Counted from the stretch's first letter, positions 24,527-39,055 are shown. The stretch: 64,000 nucleotides of DNA from Nemertoderma westbladi (GCA_032718475.1 JAUCBJ010009017.1:1-64000), one strand, 5' to 3'. Notes: generated by a model from the sequence alone, not told the origin. Numbers and translations are program-made.

Positions 24527-26795
24527 TGTAAAAGCTTCTGTGGGATATAACTGGTCCTTCGCTCCGCAATCCAGTTTTCCCCCCGTGCGCTCAAATACTC
24601 TAAAACATACTGTAAACGCGTTTACGGATTTAATTAATTCCCTGGCCCTCAAAGTACCGTATAGGTGTTTTTAACGGACATAAAAGTGATTCTTCTGGAT
24701 GTGTGCTTTAAGCGGACGTGGCAGGGTACAAAACCCGCAATGCGGCATTCTCTCTGTCACCATGTCAGGGGAAGGATTCCGATTACGACATCTCCCAGCT
24801 GGATGATGACGTGGAGGGAGCTCTCATTGGACACCTGGTTCCTTTGTTTCTGCCTAACGACCAATCAGGGCGATTTTCGTTTTACCTGAAGAGATACTCT
24901 CCAGATCGAGGCTAGGCGAGTCAGTATGTGTGTTACGTCGTTCCTACTGCCTTAACATCGGCTTTTGGAATGACTCTATGTTTCAGACTTTATAAGAAAC
25001 ATTAGTAGGCTTAGATTATAGAAAGTATAACTGTTATCGGTTCAAATCAAACTAATCAATCAAATCAAACCGGTCGAATCATATCATATTTTAACCTACC
25101 GTCTTACTGCTTTTACTGTTTGTGATTATTTGTATCAGTCTAGTTGGATGTTATTAGTTGAAGAATATCGATAAACAACCCAAATTTCCCAATCTTCTTG
25201 ATACACTACAGGTTAGAGAGGCAGGATACATACAACAATTGCGACTTATATTATTGTGTTTGTAGTGAATTTAATGCTGTTTAATAGATACTACATGAGT
25301 CCAGTGCGTGCCTCTTTATACCTGATCAAAGTCAGCAACTGTCGGCATACCAGTAAGCAGTATTGTGAGTTACCGGTAGTGTGCGTGATTGTAACTGATA
25401 ACTAAGCATCTCCTAAAGAATGCGTCTCATACTTGAATTCTAAGCCATATCGTTGTGTTTAGTATAAGTCATAGCTCTGTTTACATAGGTAGAGCGCCAC
25501 GTCCTAAAGGAACTGCTAATATTTCCTGAAAGTGAATAATATTTGTCAGAGATTATATATTAGTTATCAATCGAATAATACAGTAGGCTTCACCGCAATA
25601 AATCTAAGCATACGAATCCAGTCTCCCGGGTGTTACCATCGGGTGAATGAACGCGCATAGACTGGCTTCGACTAATGTTTTGTTTGTTTTGTATTAAACC
25701 TTTGTCATCTTCTAAAGTCAATTTATCAACTAAAGACATATAAATTTTGGCAGGTTAAACTGCTGAAGGTCTACAAAAGCGCGTACAATAACAGTTATTG
25801 ATCTTATTTGCTGTAAGCAATAAGGTTGAAAAGTACCGGTCGACCGGTAAATCAGAACCGGTACTACCGTAGGTCCGTAGGCCCAACTGCCAGAACTGGT
25901 ACTGCAGTAGGCAGGTAGGTCCGTAGGCCCAACTGCCAGAACCGGTACTCCTGTAGGCCTGTAGGCCCTACTGCCTGACCCGGTACTGCTGTATAAGTAC
26001 ATTAGTATTATTCGATTTTGATTATTGTATACCGGTAGGTCTTGATATTAAATCGGGGACGCCTGGTTTTTATTGGGATTTTACTTAGGATTATTTCTGT
26101 CGATTTTATTTACGTGTAAGTTAATATTGAGCAGAAGACGTGTAAGTCTGCTCAGATTGTTCAGATCATAGTAGGCTGGACTGTTGTCTGACTGTTGTTA
26201 GGCTTGAAGATTACAGCGTGTGTAGAGTGGGTCTGATAAAGTGCCAGTTAGTAAGTTGGGGCAGCTCGTAGTCGTAAGGTGAACCCCCTTCTAAGGAATA
26301 AGTCGTACTACCGTGTTAGAACGCATACTAACTAACAATTTCGGAATCTGCATATACTGTAGTTATTTAGGCTTGATAGTAGTCCGTCAGCGTTTATCCT
26401 GTATTGTTTGTGTAGTCTGTTCAGGTACCGTAATATTATTCAGATATTTTGTAGGCTGGATTGTTGCCTAGCTGTTGTTAGATCTGAAGAATTGCCGCGT
26501 GTGTAGAGTGATTCTGATAAAGTGCCAGTTAGTAAGTTGGGGCAGCTCGTAGTCGTAAGGTGAACCCCCTTCTAAAGAATAAGTCGTACTACCGTGTTAG
26601 AACGCATACTAACTAACAGTTTCGGAATCTGCACATACTGTAGTTTATTTAGGCTTGATAGTAGTCTGTCAGCATTTGGTTTGTATTTTATTTGAGTATT
26701 CTGTACGGGTAGCGTAATATTTATTATTCAGAGTTTATGCGATTACTCGCAACATTCATTTCCCCAAGTTTATTCCTACAGTAATTGTGTTTGTT
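24527..26795 (+). mobile_element. Truncated, diverged copy of the BEL/Pao element: 5' LTR (24527-25787) plus about 1 kb of 5' leader
   Basis: Colinear with 45984-48171: starts tgtaaaagcttctgtggga, LTR ends aaaagcgcgtaca, shares the ~280-bp leader duplication; homology stops after cctacagtaattgtgtttgtt. Confidence 0.93.
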
Positions 26796-26824
26796 GGTAT
26801 TGGTTGGTAATTGTGTTGGTAATT

Positions 26825-29800
26825 GGTATTGGTGAGTGATATGTTCGGTTATACAACCGTAGATATGTTCGGTTATACAACCGTAGATATGTTCGGTTAT
26901 ACAACCGTAGATATGTTCGGTTATACAACCGTAGATATGTTCGGTTATACAACCGTAGATATGTTCGGTTATACAACCGTAGATATGTTCGGTTATACAA
27001 CCGTAGATATGTTCGGTTATACAACCGTAGATATGTTCGGTTATACAACCGTAGATATGTTCGGTTATACAACCGTAGATATGTTCGGTTATACAACCGT
27101 AGATATGTTCGGTTATACAACCGTAGGTATGTTCGGTTATACAACCGTAGATATGTTCGCTTGTAAAGCCGTAGGTATTGGTGAGTGATATGTTCGGTTA
27201 TACAACCGTAGATATGTTCGGTTATACAACCGTAGATATGTTCGGTTATACAACCGTAGATATGTTCGGTTATACAACCGTAGATATGTTCGGTTATACA
27301 ACCGTAGATATGTTCGGTTATACAACCGTAGATATGTTCGGTTATACAACCGTAGATATGTTCGGTTATACAACCGTAGATATGTTCGGTTATACAACCG
27401 TAGATATGTTCGGTTATACAACCGTAGATATGTTCGGTTATACAACCGTAGATATGTTCGGTTATACAACCGTAGATATGTTCGGTTATACAACCGTAGA
27501 TATGTTCGGTTATACAACCGTAGATATGTTCGGTTATACAACCGTAGATATGTTCGGTTATACAACCGTAGATATGTTCGGTTATACAACCGTAAGTATG
27601 TTCGGTTATACAACCGTAGATATGTTTGGTTATACAACCGTAGGTATTGGTGAGTGATATGTTCGGTTATACAACCGTAGATATGTTCGGTTATACAACC
27701 GTAGATATGTTCGGTTATACAACCGTAGATATGTTTGGTTATACAACCGTAGATATGTTCGGTTATACAACCGTAGATATGTTCGGTTATACAACCGTAG
27801 GTATGTTCGGTTATACAACCGTAGATATGTTTGGTTATACAACCGTAGATATGTTCGGTTATACAACCGTAGATATGTTCGGTTATACAACCGTAGGTAT
27901 GTTCGGTTATACAACCGTAGATATGTTTGGTTATACAACCGTAGGTATTGGTGAGTGATATGTTCGGTTATACAACCGTAGATATGTTCGGTTATACAAC
28001 CGTAGATATGTTCGGTTATACAACCGTAGATATGTTTGGTTATACAACCGTAGATATGTTCGGTTATACAACCGTAGATATGTTCGGTTATACAACCGTA
28101 GGTATGTTCGGTTATACAACCGTAGATATGTTCGCTTGTAAAGCCGTAGGTATTGGTGAGTGATATGTTCGGTTATACAACCGTAGATATGTTCGGTTAT
28201 ACAACCGTAGATATGTTCGGTTATACAACCGTAGATATGTTCGGTTATACAACCGTAGATATGTTCGGTTATACAACCGTAGATATGTTCGGTTATACAA
28301 CCGTAGATATGTTCGGTTATACAACCGTAGATATGTTCGGTTATACAACCGTAGATATGTTCGGTTATACAACCGTAGATATGTTCGGTTATACAACCGT
28401 AGATATGTTCGGTTATACAACCGTAGATATGTTCGGTTATACAACCGTAGATATGTTCGGTTATACAACCGTAGATATGTTCGGTTATACAACCGTAGAT
28501 ATGTTCGGTTATACAACCGTAGATATGTTCGGTTATACAACCGTAGGTATGTTCGGTTATACAACCGTAGATATGTTCGCTTGTAAAGCCGTAGGTATTG
28601 GTGAGTGATATGTTCGGTTATACAACCGTAGATATGTTCGGTTATACAACCGTAGATATGTTCGGTTATACAACCGTAGATATGTTCGGTTATACAACCG
28701 TAGATATGTTCGGTTATACAACCGTAGATATGTTCGGTTATACAACCGTAGATATGTTCGGTTATACAACCGTAGATATGTTCGGTTATACAACCGTAGA
28801 TATGTTCGGTTATACAACCGTAGATATGTTCGGTTATACAACCGTAGATATGTTCGGTTATACAACCGTAGATATGTTCGGTTATACAACCGTAGGTATG
28901 TTCGGTTATACAACCGTAGATATGTTCGCTTGTAAAGCCGTAGGTATTGGTGAGTGATATGTTCGGTTATACAACCGTAGATATGTTCGGTTATACAACC
29001 GTAGATATGTTCGGTTATACAACCGTAGATATGTTCGGTTATACAACCGTAGATATGTTCGGTTATACAACCGTAGATATGTTCGGTTATACAACCGTAG
29101 ATATGTTCGGTTATACAACCGTAGATATGTTCGGTTATACAACCGTAGATATGTTCGGTTATACAACCGTAGATATGTTCGGTTATACAACCGTAGATAT
29201 GTTCGGTTATACAACCGTAGATATGTTCGGTTATACAACCGTAGATATGTTCGGTTATACAACCGTAGATATGTTCGGTTATACAACCGTAGATATGTTC
29301 GGTTATACAACCGTAGATATGTTCGGTTATACAACCGTAGATATGTTCGGTTATACAACCGTAAGTATGTTCGGTTATACAACCGTAGATATGTTTGGTT
29401 ATACAACCGTAGGTATTGGTGAGTGATATGTTCGGTTATACAACCGTAGATATGTTCGGTTATACAACCGTAGATATGTTCGGTTATACAACCGTAGATA
29501 TGTTCGGTTATACAACCGTAGATATGTTCGGTTATACAACCGTAGATATGTTCGGTTATACAACCGTAAGTATGTTCGGTTATACAACCGTAGATATGTT
29601 TGGTTATACAACCGTAGGTATTGGTGAGTGATATGTTCGGTTATACAACCGTAGATATGTTCGGTTATACAACCGTAGATATGTTCGGTTATACAACCGT
29701 AGATATGTTCGGTTATACAACCGTAGATATGTTCGGTTATACAACCGTAGATATGTTCGGTTATACAACCGTAGATATGTTCGGTTATACAACCGTAGAT

Positions 29801-32190
29801 ATGTTCGGTTATTTATACAACCGTAGATATGTTCGGTTATACAACCGTAGATATGTTCGGTTATACAACCGTAGATATGTTCGGTTATACAACCGTAGAT
29901 ATGTTCGGTTATACAACCGTAGATATGTTCGGTTATACAACCGTAGATATGTTCGGTTATACAACCGTAGATATTGGTGAGTGATATGTTCGGTTATACA
30001 ACCGTAGATATGTTCGGTTATACAACCGTAGATATGTTCGGTTATACAACCGTAGATATGTTCGGTTATACAACCGTAGATATGTTCGGTTATACAACCG
30101 TAGATATGTTCGGTTATACAACCGTAGATATGTTCGGTTATACAACCGTAGATATGTTCGGTTATACAACCGTAGATATGTTCGGTTATACAACCGTAGA
30201 TATGTTCGGTTATACAACCGTAGATATGTTCGGTTATACAACCGTAGATATGTTCGGTTATACAACCGTAGATATGTTCGGTTATACAACCGTAGATATG
30301 TTCGGTTATACAACCGTAGATATGTTCGGTTATACAACCGTAGATATTGGTGAGTGATATGTTCGGTTATACAACCGTAGATATGTTCGGTTATACAACC
30401 GTAGATATTGGTGAGTGATATGTTCGGTTATACAACCGTAGATATGTTCGGTTATACAACCGTAGATATGTTCGGTTATACAACCGTAGATATGTTCGGT
30501 TATACAACCGTAGATATGTTCGGTTATACAACCGTAGATATGTTCGGTTATACAACCGTAGATATGTTTGGTTATACAACCGTAGATATGTTCGGTTATA
30601 CAACCGTAGATATGTTCGGTTATACAACCGTAGGTATGTTCGGTTATACAACCGTAGATATGTTCGCTTGTAAAGCCGTAGGTATTGGTGAGTGATATGT
30701 TCGGTTATACAACCGTAGATATGTTCGGTTATACAACCGTAGATATGTTCGGTTATACAACCGTAGATATGTTCGGTTATACAACCGTAGATATGTTCGG
30801 TTATACAACCGTAGATATGTTCGGTTATACAACCGTAGATATGTTCGGTTATACAACCGTAGATATGTTCGGTTATACAACCGTAGATATGTTCGGTTAT
30901 ACAACCGTAGATATGTTCGGTTATACAACCGTAGATATGTTCGGTTATACAACCGTAAGTATGTTCGGTTATACAACCGTAGATATGTTTGGTTATACAA
31001 CCGTAGGTATTGGTGAGTGATATGTTCGGTTATACAACCGTAGATATGTTCGGTTATACAACCGTAGATATGTTCGGTTATACAACCGTAGATATGTTCG
31101 GTTATACAACCGTAGATATGTTCGGTTATACAACCGTAGATATGTTCGGTTATACAACCGTAGATATGCTCGGTTATACAACCGTAGATATGTTCGGTTA
31201 TACAACCGTAGATATGTTCGGTTATACAACCGTAGATATGTTCGGTTATACAACCGTAGATATGTTCGGTTATACAACCGTAAGTATGTTCGGTTATACA
31301 ACCGTAGATATGTTTGGTTATACAACCGTAGGTATTGGTGAGTGATATGTTCGGTTATACAACCGTAGATATGTTCGGTTATACAACCGTAGATATGTTC
31401 GGTTATACAACCGTAGATATGTTCGGTTATACAACCGTAGATATGTTCGGTTATACAACCGTAAGTATGTTCGGTTATACAACCGTAGATATGTTTGGTT
31501 ATACAACCGTAGGTATTGGTGAGTGATATGTTCGGTTATACAACCGTAGATATGTTCGGTTATACAACCGTAGATATGTTCGGTTATACAACCGTAGATA
31601 TGTTCGGTTATACAACCGTAGATATGTTCGGTTATACAACCGTAGATATGTTCGGTTATACAACCGTAGATATGTTCGGTTATACAACCGTAGATATGTT
31701 CGGTTATTTATACAACCGTAGATATGTTCGGTTATACAACCGTAGATATGTTCGGTTATACAACCGTAGATATGTTCGGTTATACAACCGTAGATATGTT
31801 CGGTTATACAACCGTAGATATGTTCGGTTATACAACCGTAGATATTGGTGAGTGATATGTTCGGTTATACAACCGTAGATATGTTCGGTTATACAACCGT
31901 AGATATGTTTGGTTATACAACCGTAGATATGTTCGGTTATACAACCGTAGATATGTTCGGTTATACAACCGTAGGTATTGGTGAGTGATATGTTCGGTTA
32001 TACAACCGTAGGTATTGGTGAGTGATATGTTCGGTTATACAACCGTAGGTATTGGTGAGTGATATGTTCGGTTATACAACCGTAGGTATTGGTGAGTGAT
32101 ATGTTCGGTTATACAACCGTAGGTATTGGTGAGTGATATGTTCGGTTATACAACCGTAGGTATTGGTGAGTGATATGTTCGGTTATACAA
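26825..32190. repeat. Compound minisatellite: 24-bp unit atatgttcggttatacaaccgtag punctuated by a 13-bp gtattggtgagtg segment
   Basis: Read directly; pure 37-bp (24+13) units at about 31975-32190. Confidence 0.97.
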
Positions 32191-32595
32191 TAAATATAGG
32201 CGTCGCGTAGTTGTTGTAGTACGTAGTTGTTGCTATGCGTGCTCCGCATGCTCCGCGACGCCCGACGAACGTGTTACTTATTTTATTTTGTTATTTATGT
32301 AAATGTTTTAAGCCGGTAGGCACCTAGTTATATTGTATCTTGGTATCAGATATATAGTGGCTGAAGTTGGTCGCATGTAAAAATTGACCTCCAGCGGAAA
32401 TTGGTCGCAAATAACAGCTGAATACGGGCAAAAATTCAACTGTAACCATTGCTATTCACTCTGGTTTATTGTTTTGGTTAGAATAGCCTGCTACTGTATC
32501 CAGCTCATTTCCCTAAGTTGTTAAGTAACGTTGGCGTTGATTGTATTTATTATAATTGTGGAACTTTGAAAAAAAAATTGTTTATTTTCATTTAG

Positions 32596-32656
32596 GCCGC
32601 CGCAAAGGAGAGGAGAAAAAGTGCCGAATCTTTGTTAGCCGAGAAAGTGCCGAATG
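32596..32656 (+). CDS. Putative exon C (AAAKERRKSAESLLAEKVPN-G)
   Basis: Acceptor tttattttcatttag|, consensus donor G|gtaagt; phase 0 in, phase 1 out, matching the next exon. Confidence 0.65.
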
Positions 32657-33074
32657 GTAAGTTCAGTTGAGAGAAAAATACGTGGGCGTTGCGTTGTGAG
32701 GTTCACAGTTTAATCGTAATTTATATTATTTAAATTTTTATATTATTCTTATTTAAAGTTAATTAAAATAAGCCAGCATATGCTGTGTGCATATATCCTT
32801 TGTGGGACCTTTGTACAGGACAATCCAAACAAGCTTAGCTTACGGGTTTATGTTATTTCAACCGCTGCGCTGGCTTGTTGCCCTCCTGCGGGAAACTGGA
32901 TAACTGCTGAGTCACTCAAATTATATTTCAGATTTTTGAGAAACCACTTGTGTATCAAGTTTTGTTGTGTGTTTGTTTTGTTGTTTGTTTTGTTGTGTAT
33001 CAAGTTTTGTACCGTGGCAACTACCAGACCTATTTACATGGTTCCTATTTACATATAAAATGTGAACTTTTCAG

Positions 33075-34633
33075 GACAAGTGAAGGAATTACAGCGGGAA
33101 TTAGATGACGTTTCTAGACAACGAGATGAAATGGGGGCTTCTAAGGAAGCGGAGAGAAAGGCGAGATCATTGGAAGGCGATATCAACCCGCTTCAAGATG
33201 TTAGTTATAGGCCTAATTCTAATAAAAATAAATAAATAATTATCTATATTAAAATATATAACCCCCAACTCAGGCAACAACTATTACTATCTCAGCTATT
33301 GTGCTGCTGCCGTTCCCACACCGTACACCCCAATTTACGTTATTTATTTAAGGTAAGGAACAGGTTACTGTGGCACGCTATTCTAACCAAAACAATAAAC
33401 TAAAGTCAATAGAACACGACCCCCTCCATAATCCATATCTGTAACAAATTATGAAGCGGTGATTGGTAACCTAATTCAATAACGATTTGTCTTTAATATT
33501 ATTATCTTGATTTTTTTAATTGAATTAATTTTAATTATTGTGGGTTTTATCGGTTGTTACATCTACTACTCTACAGGAACGTAGTGCAACGGAGCAACAA
33601 CGACAACAAATAGCGGTTGAGGATGAGCGAGACGAGTTGGCGGAAGAGACGGCCGGGATAGCTAGTAACCGTGGCAACGCACTCGACGAGAAACGCCGAC
33701 TCGAGTTGGAGAACCACCGACACGAGTTTCAGAAACAAAGACTCGAGTTGGAGAAACGCCGACTCGAGTCGAAAATACAAAAGTTGGAAAACGATCTGGA
33801 GGATGAGCGATCATTTGTATCGTCGGTTCCAAGAAAAGTTAGAATGTTCAAATATATATTTCTATCTAATAATATTTGTCGCTATCAGTTATTGTTTAAG
33901 TTTAGGTAATCCTACATCAAACTTTGTGTTGCAGGTCGAACAAGTCGCAGCAGCAAGTAGATACGCTGACCACTGCCCTAGCAACCGAACGATCTATCAC
34001 GCAGAAGCTTGAAAACGACAGACTCATGTTGGAACGACAGATTCGCGACCTCAAGCAGAAGCTGCAAGACGTCGCGAATCGAGAGCAACGATCCAGGGAC
34101 TGGAGCAGAAGCTCAACCAGGAAGATGATATGAACAAGGAGCAGGTAGGTGGAGGTGTACAACTCTTAAACACCTCCCAGTGGGTTGTCGATCACATAAA
34201 CTGCAGCTGGTTTGGGTTATAAACACCCACAATCTCTCTGGTTGCACGATTTATCAATGAATATACGTTAGAGGTTACAGCCCAAACAATTATAACTCTA
34301 TTGGTTGCAACCCAGATGTGATCCCATTGGTTACTAAAATCCAACCCGGCTGACTTACATATTGTAGCGACAACTATTATACCTAACAACAGTTACACAT
34401 ACACAGTTTGTTGTTGTTCAATTAGATATCCTAGGTTACTGGATTACAATTAATTTGTTGTTGATTAGGTTGATATATACAAGCACCGGCTGAAAGCGAA
34501 GAAGAGGCAGTTGGAAGAAACAGAGGATGAAACAACTCTACGTAGCAAAGCCAGGTTCCGACGCGATCTTCGAGAGATAGAAGACACCCTTGCAGACACC
34601 AGCGACGGTGGGGACACATCCGACGGTGACTAA
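33075..34633 (+). pseudogene. Degenerate myosin II heavy-chain (non-muscle/zipper type) tail, 4 exons: 33075-33199, 33577-33837, 33935-34144, 34469-34633
   Basis: QVKELQRELDD..ERKARSLEGD, ERDELAEE..LDEKRRLE..KIQKLENDLEDE, QVDTLTTALATERS..LERQIRDLKQKLQ and RLKAKKRQLEETEDE follow the order of the MYH9/MYH10 C-terminal rod. All introns are GT-AG. Frameshifts near 33810 and 34078. No motor domain in the window. Confidence 0.85.
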
Positions 34634-37275
34634 GATTAGTTGCCTAGCAACCAGACACACAAACTATTCCCGCACATGGCTGCTCTTATTCTGCTGAAGC
34701 TTCTTCTGCTGATGATAGTATATATTTAATTAATTAAACCATCCTAATATCATATTCCACAAATAGAATGAAAATCCAGAAATATCCTAGTGTGGTGCCA
34801 GTGTTGTTGTAGGTTTAGAAGTCTATTGATTTTCGTCTCCTTTGGTATGAATCACATACGTAAAGGTTTTGGTTAATAGCTAAAGAAATTATTGTTAAAA
34901 ACCAATAATTAGCGACCCAATCATTCAATTAAGAGTCCCTATTAGAGCTTGTGACGTCACATCATTATGATTTTTTATAAATAGTTTTCATTAATAACAT
35001 TCACTGGATGTAAAATGTTATTTGTATTGATTTCGGTTTATGATTTAATGATAAATTATCGACTATATTGTGGAATTTGTTTGGTTTCAATTATTTGACG
35101 CGATTTTAGGAAATTCAGCGTTTGAATCATTCCAAGATAGACTATTTATCCGTATTAATAATTGTATTGGCGTAGAAACTTGTGCTATTTTGTACTATGT
35201 AACTTGTACTATGAAACTATGTTATTATAAAATAATTATATTATTATATTTACTATTATATTATTTACAGTGATTTGAGTATTATAATATTGGATACAGA
35301 ATGACGTCACTTTAACTTTTTGTTATGTTTATTGAAGGCGCACATCACAATTGGAAAATAAAAGGTTGTGGAAATATACATTCTGAAAATCGCGAATTCA
35401 TACAACAAGGGAGACACCCCCCCCCCCCCCCCATTTTTGCGGTAGCTAATATAATTGTGCTACAGCCACGTTTTATTTACTACCTCTAACAACTATTATA
35501 GTCCAAAATTCAGTGACCCTTGTGGTGTAATAATTAATGTTTGCAAAATGTTACCCATCGGGGACACCATTATTGTGTTACCCAGTGTAAAATTTATATG
35601 ACATATGGTGCATATGTATTACACCGGGGACAGTCTACCAAATTTGTCATTATTGCGCGGTTGACACTATTATTGTTGTTACCTAGTATATTTAACTGAG
35701 CTGCTGAGTGTTGATGGTGGACCGGACCCCATCTCCATATACGAGCTCTACAAAATGTATTACGAACACAATGTGAATACTAGCTCCTATTGTAAGACCG
35801 CTATAAGATAGAGTCTTTGAAGGAATGTAATTTGGTGGGGTTGAATTAAAACATTACGGTGCGATATACAGAAAAGTGCCTGTCGTATTCGCCCAAATAC
35901 GGCAGTATAACTCTGGGTTCAGAGAACGTGTACATATTGACAGGCGGCAATCCCCTGATACATTACCAAGCATGTGTTTGATATAAATATTAGATTTCTA
36001 CTTCCATACAATTCTCATTGATTCCGCAGGTCAATGTTATAATTAAAACAGTCAATTTGATATGTTCTTCCGATTCTATAGGCGGCTTACACACCAACTC
36101 CCACCCTACAGCCCTATTTATCCCAATCCATCAATTTTTGTCACAGGTGTGGTCTGAGGATACTACATTATACAAAATGAGTTTTCCATCCTGATAACTC
36201 TGTTTAATTTGACAATGTTTATAATAATACCATAAGCATCAAACAGTCTTGCAATGTAATAAATCTGCCCAAAAACTCATTGAACCGGAAGGACGCCCCG
36301 GGCTGACAACATAAATCAAAGCTAAAGTAAACATTATCTCTCCTTCATAGACTTATGTCTTCAATATACTACCCAGAGATAGTCAGTCCCAGGCTATACA
36401 AAATTAGTTACCTCGGAGACAGCAGCTACTACAGAGTATTACATAACACAAATCCATTTACTATAACATTGCCTTTCTTTCCATTTCTTTGTCACATTTT
36501 CTCAGTTACCCCCCCCCCCCACACCCCACCCCACCCCTAAGCAGTCTCATCAAACCACCTGAATTATTGCAGGAGTTAAAAGTATCACATTGTCCTAATC
36601 CAAATCAACTTGAGATACAAAGAACAATGTTTATTTATTTATTTTTCAGATACATCGCCAACACTTTCTTCTTTATGCTCATATTAAGTATACCGTAAAA
36701 ATCTTAACCCAGTGGCCCCCAACTGTAAGAAATGTACATACGCCAAATGTCAATATGTGCGCCGCCTCGTCGGATTCCGAGTGGCCCACACCCGCCCAGG
36801 TGTGCCCACTGCGGATCTTCCGTAGTAAACCAATTTGGTCAGGTCAAATCCAAACATTCACTGGAGATCACCAAATGGGGCGCTATGTGAAGTACCGTGC
36901 AGACACGATGATACAGAAAAGTAGCAAAACTGGATTAATTTTTTTGTAAATAAATAAAGTTTCTCAAAACCCAACGTTTTATAGGACTATTATTCGATAA
37001 AATAAAAGTAAGCGGAAAATATCGCTATTTTCACTCATTATAAATTTAGCGAAATTCAACTATTATGTACGAGTGGTTGAGTTTTACACGAGCCGGCAGG
37101 TTTTTGGCACGAGCGAAGCGAATGTTAAAATGCCAACGAGATTTTTTTTTTTCAGAAAAAATAACCATTCCTATATTGCATGAAGCTTGTTATAGTGATA
37201 GTATATATTTAATTTATTAAACCATCCTAATATCATATTCCACAAATAGAATGAAAATCCAGAAATATCCAGAAA

Positions 37276-39055
37276 TAAATTTGTACGTTTTTGTCCGTCT
37301 TTTTTGGAAAACTTACTTCCGAAATGTTTAATTCGACAACGCGGGTAGGAATCCACTAATTCTTTTATGAAACTCGTAGAAGACCATTGGGGCTACGTTC
37401 CTATCGAATGGGGGTACAAAAAATATGTCGGCAATAGGGGCCAAAAAGGGCCAGAATTTGTAAAGTAGTTTTTATCGAATAATTTTTTATTTTTAACTTT
37501 AGTTGGTTAAGGTACATTCTATACAGTCAATATCCATACGGGGAATTCAAATATGCTATCGGTTTTGCTCCAAGGATGATATTAAAAAAATAAGGGCCAA
37601 AATTATAATTTCGCGCTTCAAACTTGCTTCGCGGGAAATCGTCTAGCTCGAAAACTACTTAACTTACGGGAGATTTGTTTACACAGACTTATAGTGCGTT
37701 AAATTATCTATCTAACAGCGTTAATCACAGCGCCGGAGGTATTATAAAACTGGAGCGGCAGGCGATCGTGTGAAATATAATATTTATAAAAAAGGGACGA
37801 AAAACGTTTTTTTCTTAATAATCTGCTGTTCTATTATAATTTAGCTCTTTGCGCCTAAACTACCTGTAAAATGTAGCAAATTAACTCCGCTATCTTTTAT
37901 CTTAACATATATAATTAAAATAACGAGTTTTAAGGGTCGAAAAATATCGCGTAATTTTGGCCCTTTTTTTTCATTTTTTTTTGGGGCCAAAAATGACCCC
38001 CTCTCAAAAGATAGAAAAAAAAATTACGGCAAAGAATATACAAATTTTATTGAATTTGGACCATCAGAACCGAAGTTAGAGCGATTTTAGTGAAAAAATA
38101 AAAATAATTTTTTAACAAAAAAATAAGAATGGCCAATATTGGATTTCGTACCCACGAACTTAGGTTTCATTAACATGATTGATAACCACTAGACTACGTG
38201 ACCAAGTGAATTTGAAATTTTCGAGTGACTATTTTTAAACATCAATAACTTCGGTTCTATTGGGCCGTTTGATCTGAATCTTTTTTCATTGGATAGAGGA
38301 TAGATTGTAGTGTGTGAAACTAGGATACAACTTGGGAAAAGACGCATGTGCACTTAGTGCAAAATGCACTTAAATAGTGGACATTTTTTCGATATTTCAA
38401 ACACTATTATTTCCAGTTCCATTCATCGTAGAATGTTATTTTTTGGATTAAAATGTAGTTTGGAATGATTTCTAACTATAATCGTAACATTTGTTTAACT
38501 TTTTATGTCTATAAAGTGACTTAAAATGTCCATGAATATGGTCCAAAATCGCAAATGTCGCGATTTATTAAATTGGATTTTTGACACTTTTAGCGACTGA
38601 CACTTGATCATGCACCATCGTAGATCGGAAGAGAATAGACATAAGTGTGTTAAATAGGAACCACCTTTAGGATCCGCTAAAGTGCACTTGTGCAAATATG
38701 TGTGCAAATGTGCAATTTTTTTTAATAAGGTCAAATGGTGTATTATTGGGTTCTTTTAATATGTTGTATGGACCTTACTGAGCGCATTAGGAGTATGTGT
38801 ACAAATAACCGGTCCTTATAAGGGTTCAATTGTATAAATTAATAATAAATAAGGTTGTAATATTCTAAAAACCAGTGTGATCTTAAATGAACTTTAAACA
38901 ATAAATAGAAATCAGATAACAAATGGACCACACAATTTATTAAAAAAACTCGCACCTCTTCGGACTTAATATATGGCTTCAATTTTATTCAACAGTGGAT
39001 ATTTGGGGGAAGTTAGATAAACTGCATTTATGCAGTGAATCTAACTTCCCCCTTC
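37276..39055 (+). mobile_element. Non-autonomous interspersed element, copy 1 (5'-truncated), ending in a hairpin
   Basis: Colinear with 40238-42062 at roughly 90% identity by eye; no credible ORF; hairpin at 39005-39052. Family not determined. Confidence 0.75.

Noticed and set aside
26825-32190. CRISPR-like look (short palindromic 24-bp repeats) and many DMFGYTTV/YNRTYLRL ORFs
   Set aside because: No unique spacers, no cas genes and a eukaryotic context; the ORFs come from a stop-free 3n unit and are broken by the 13-bp punctuation.
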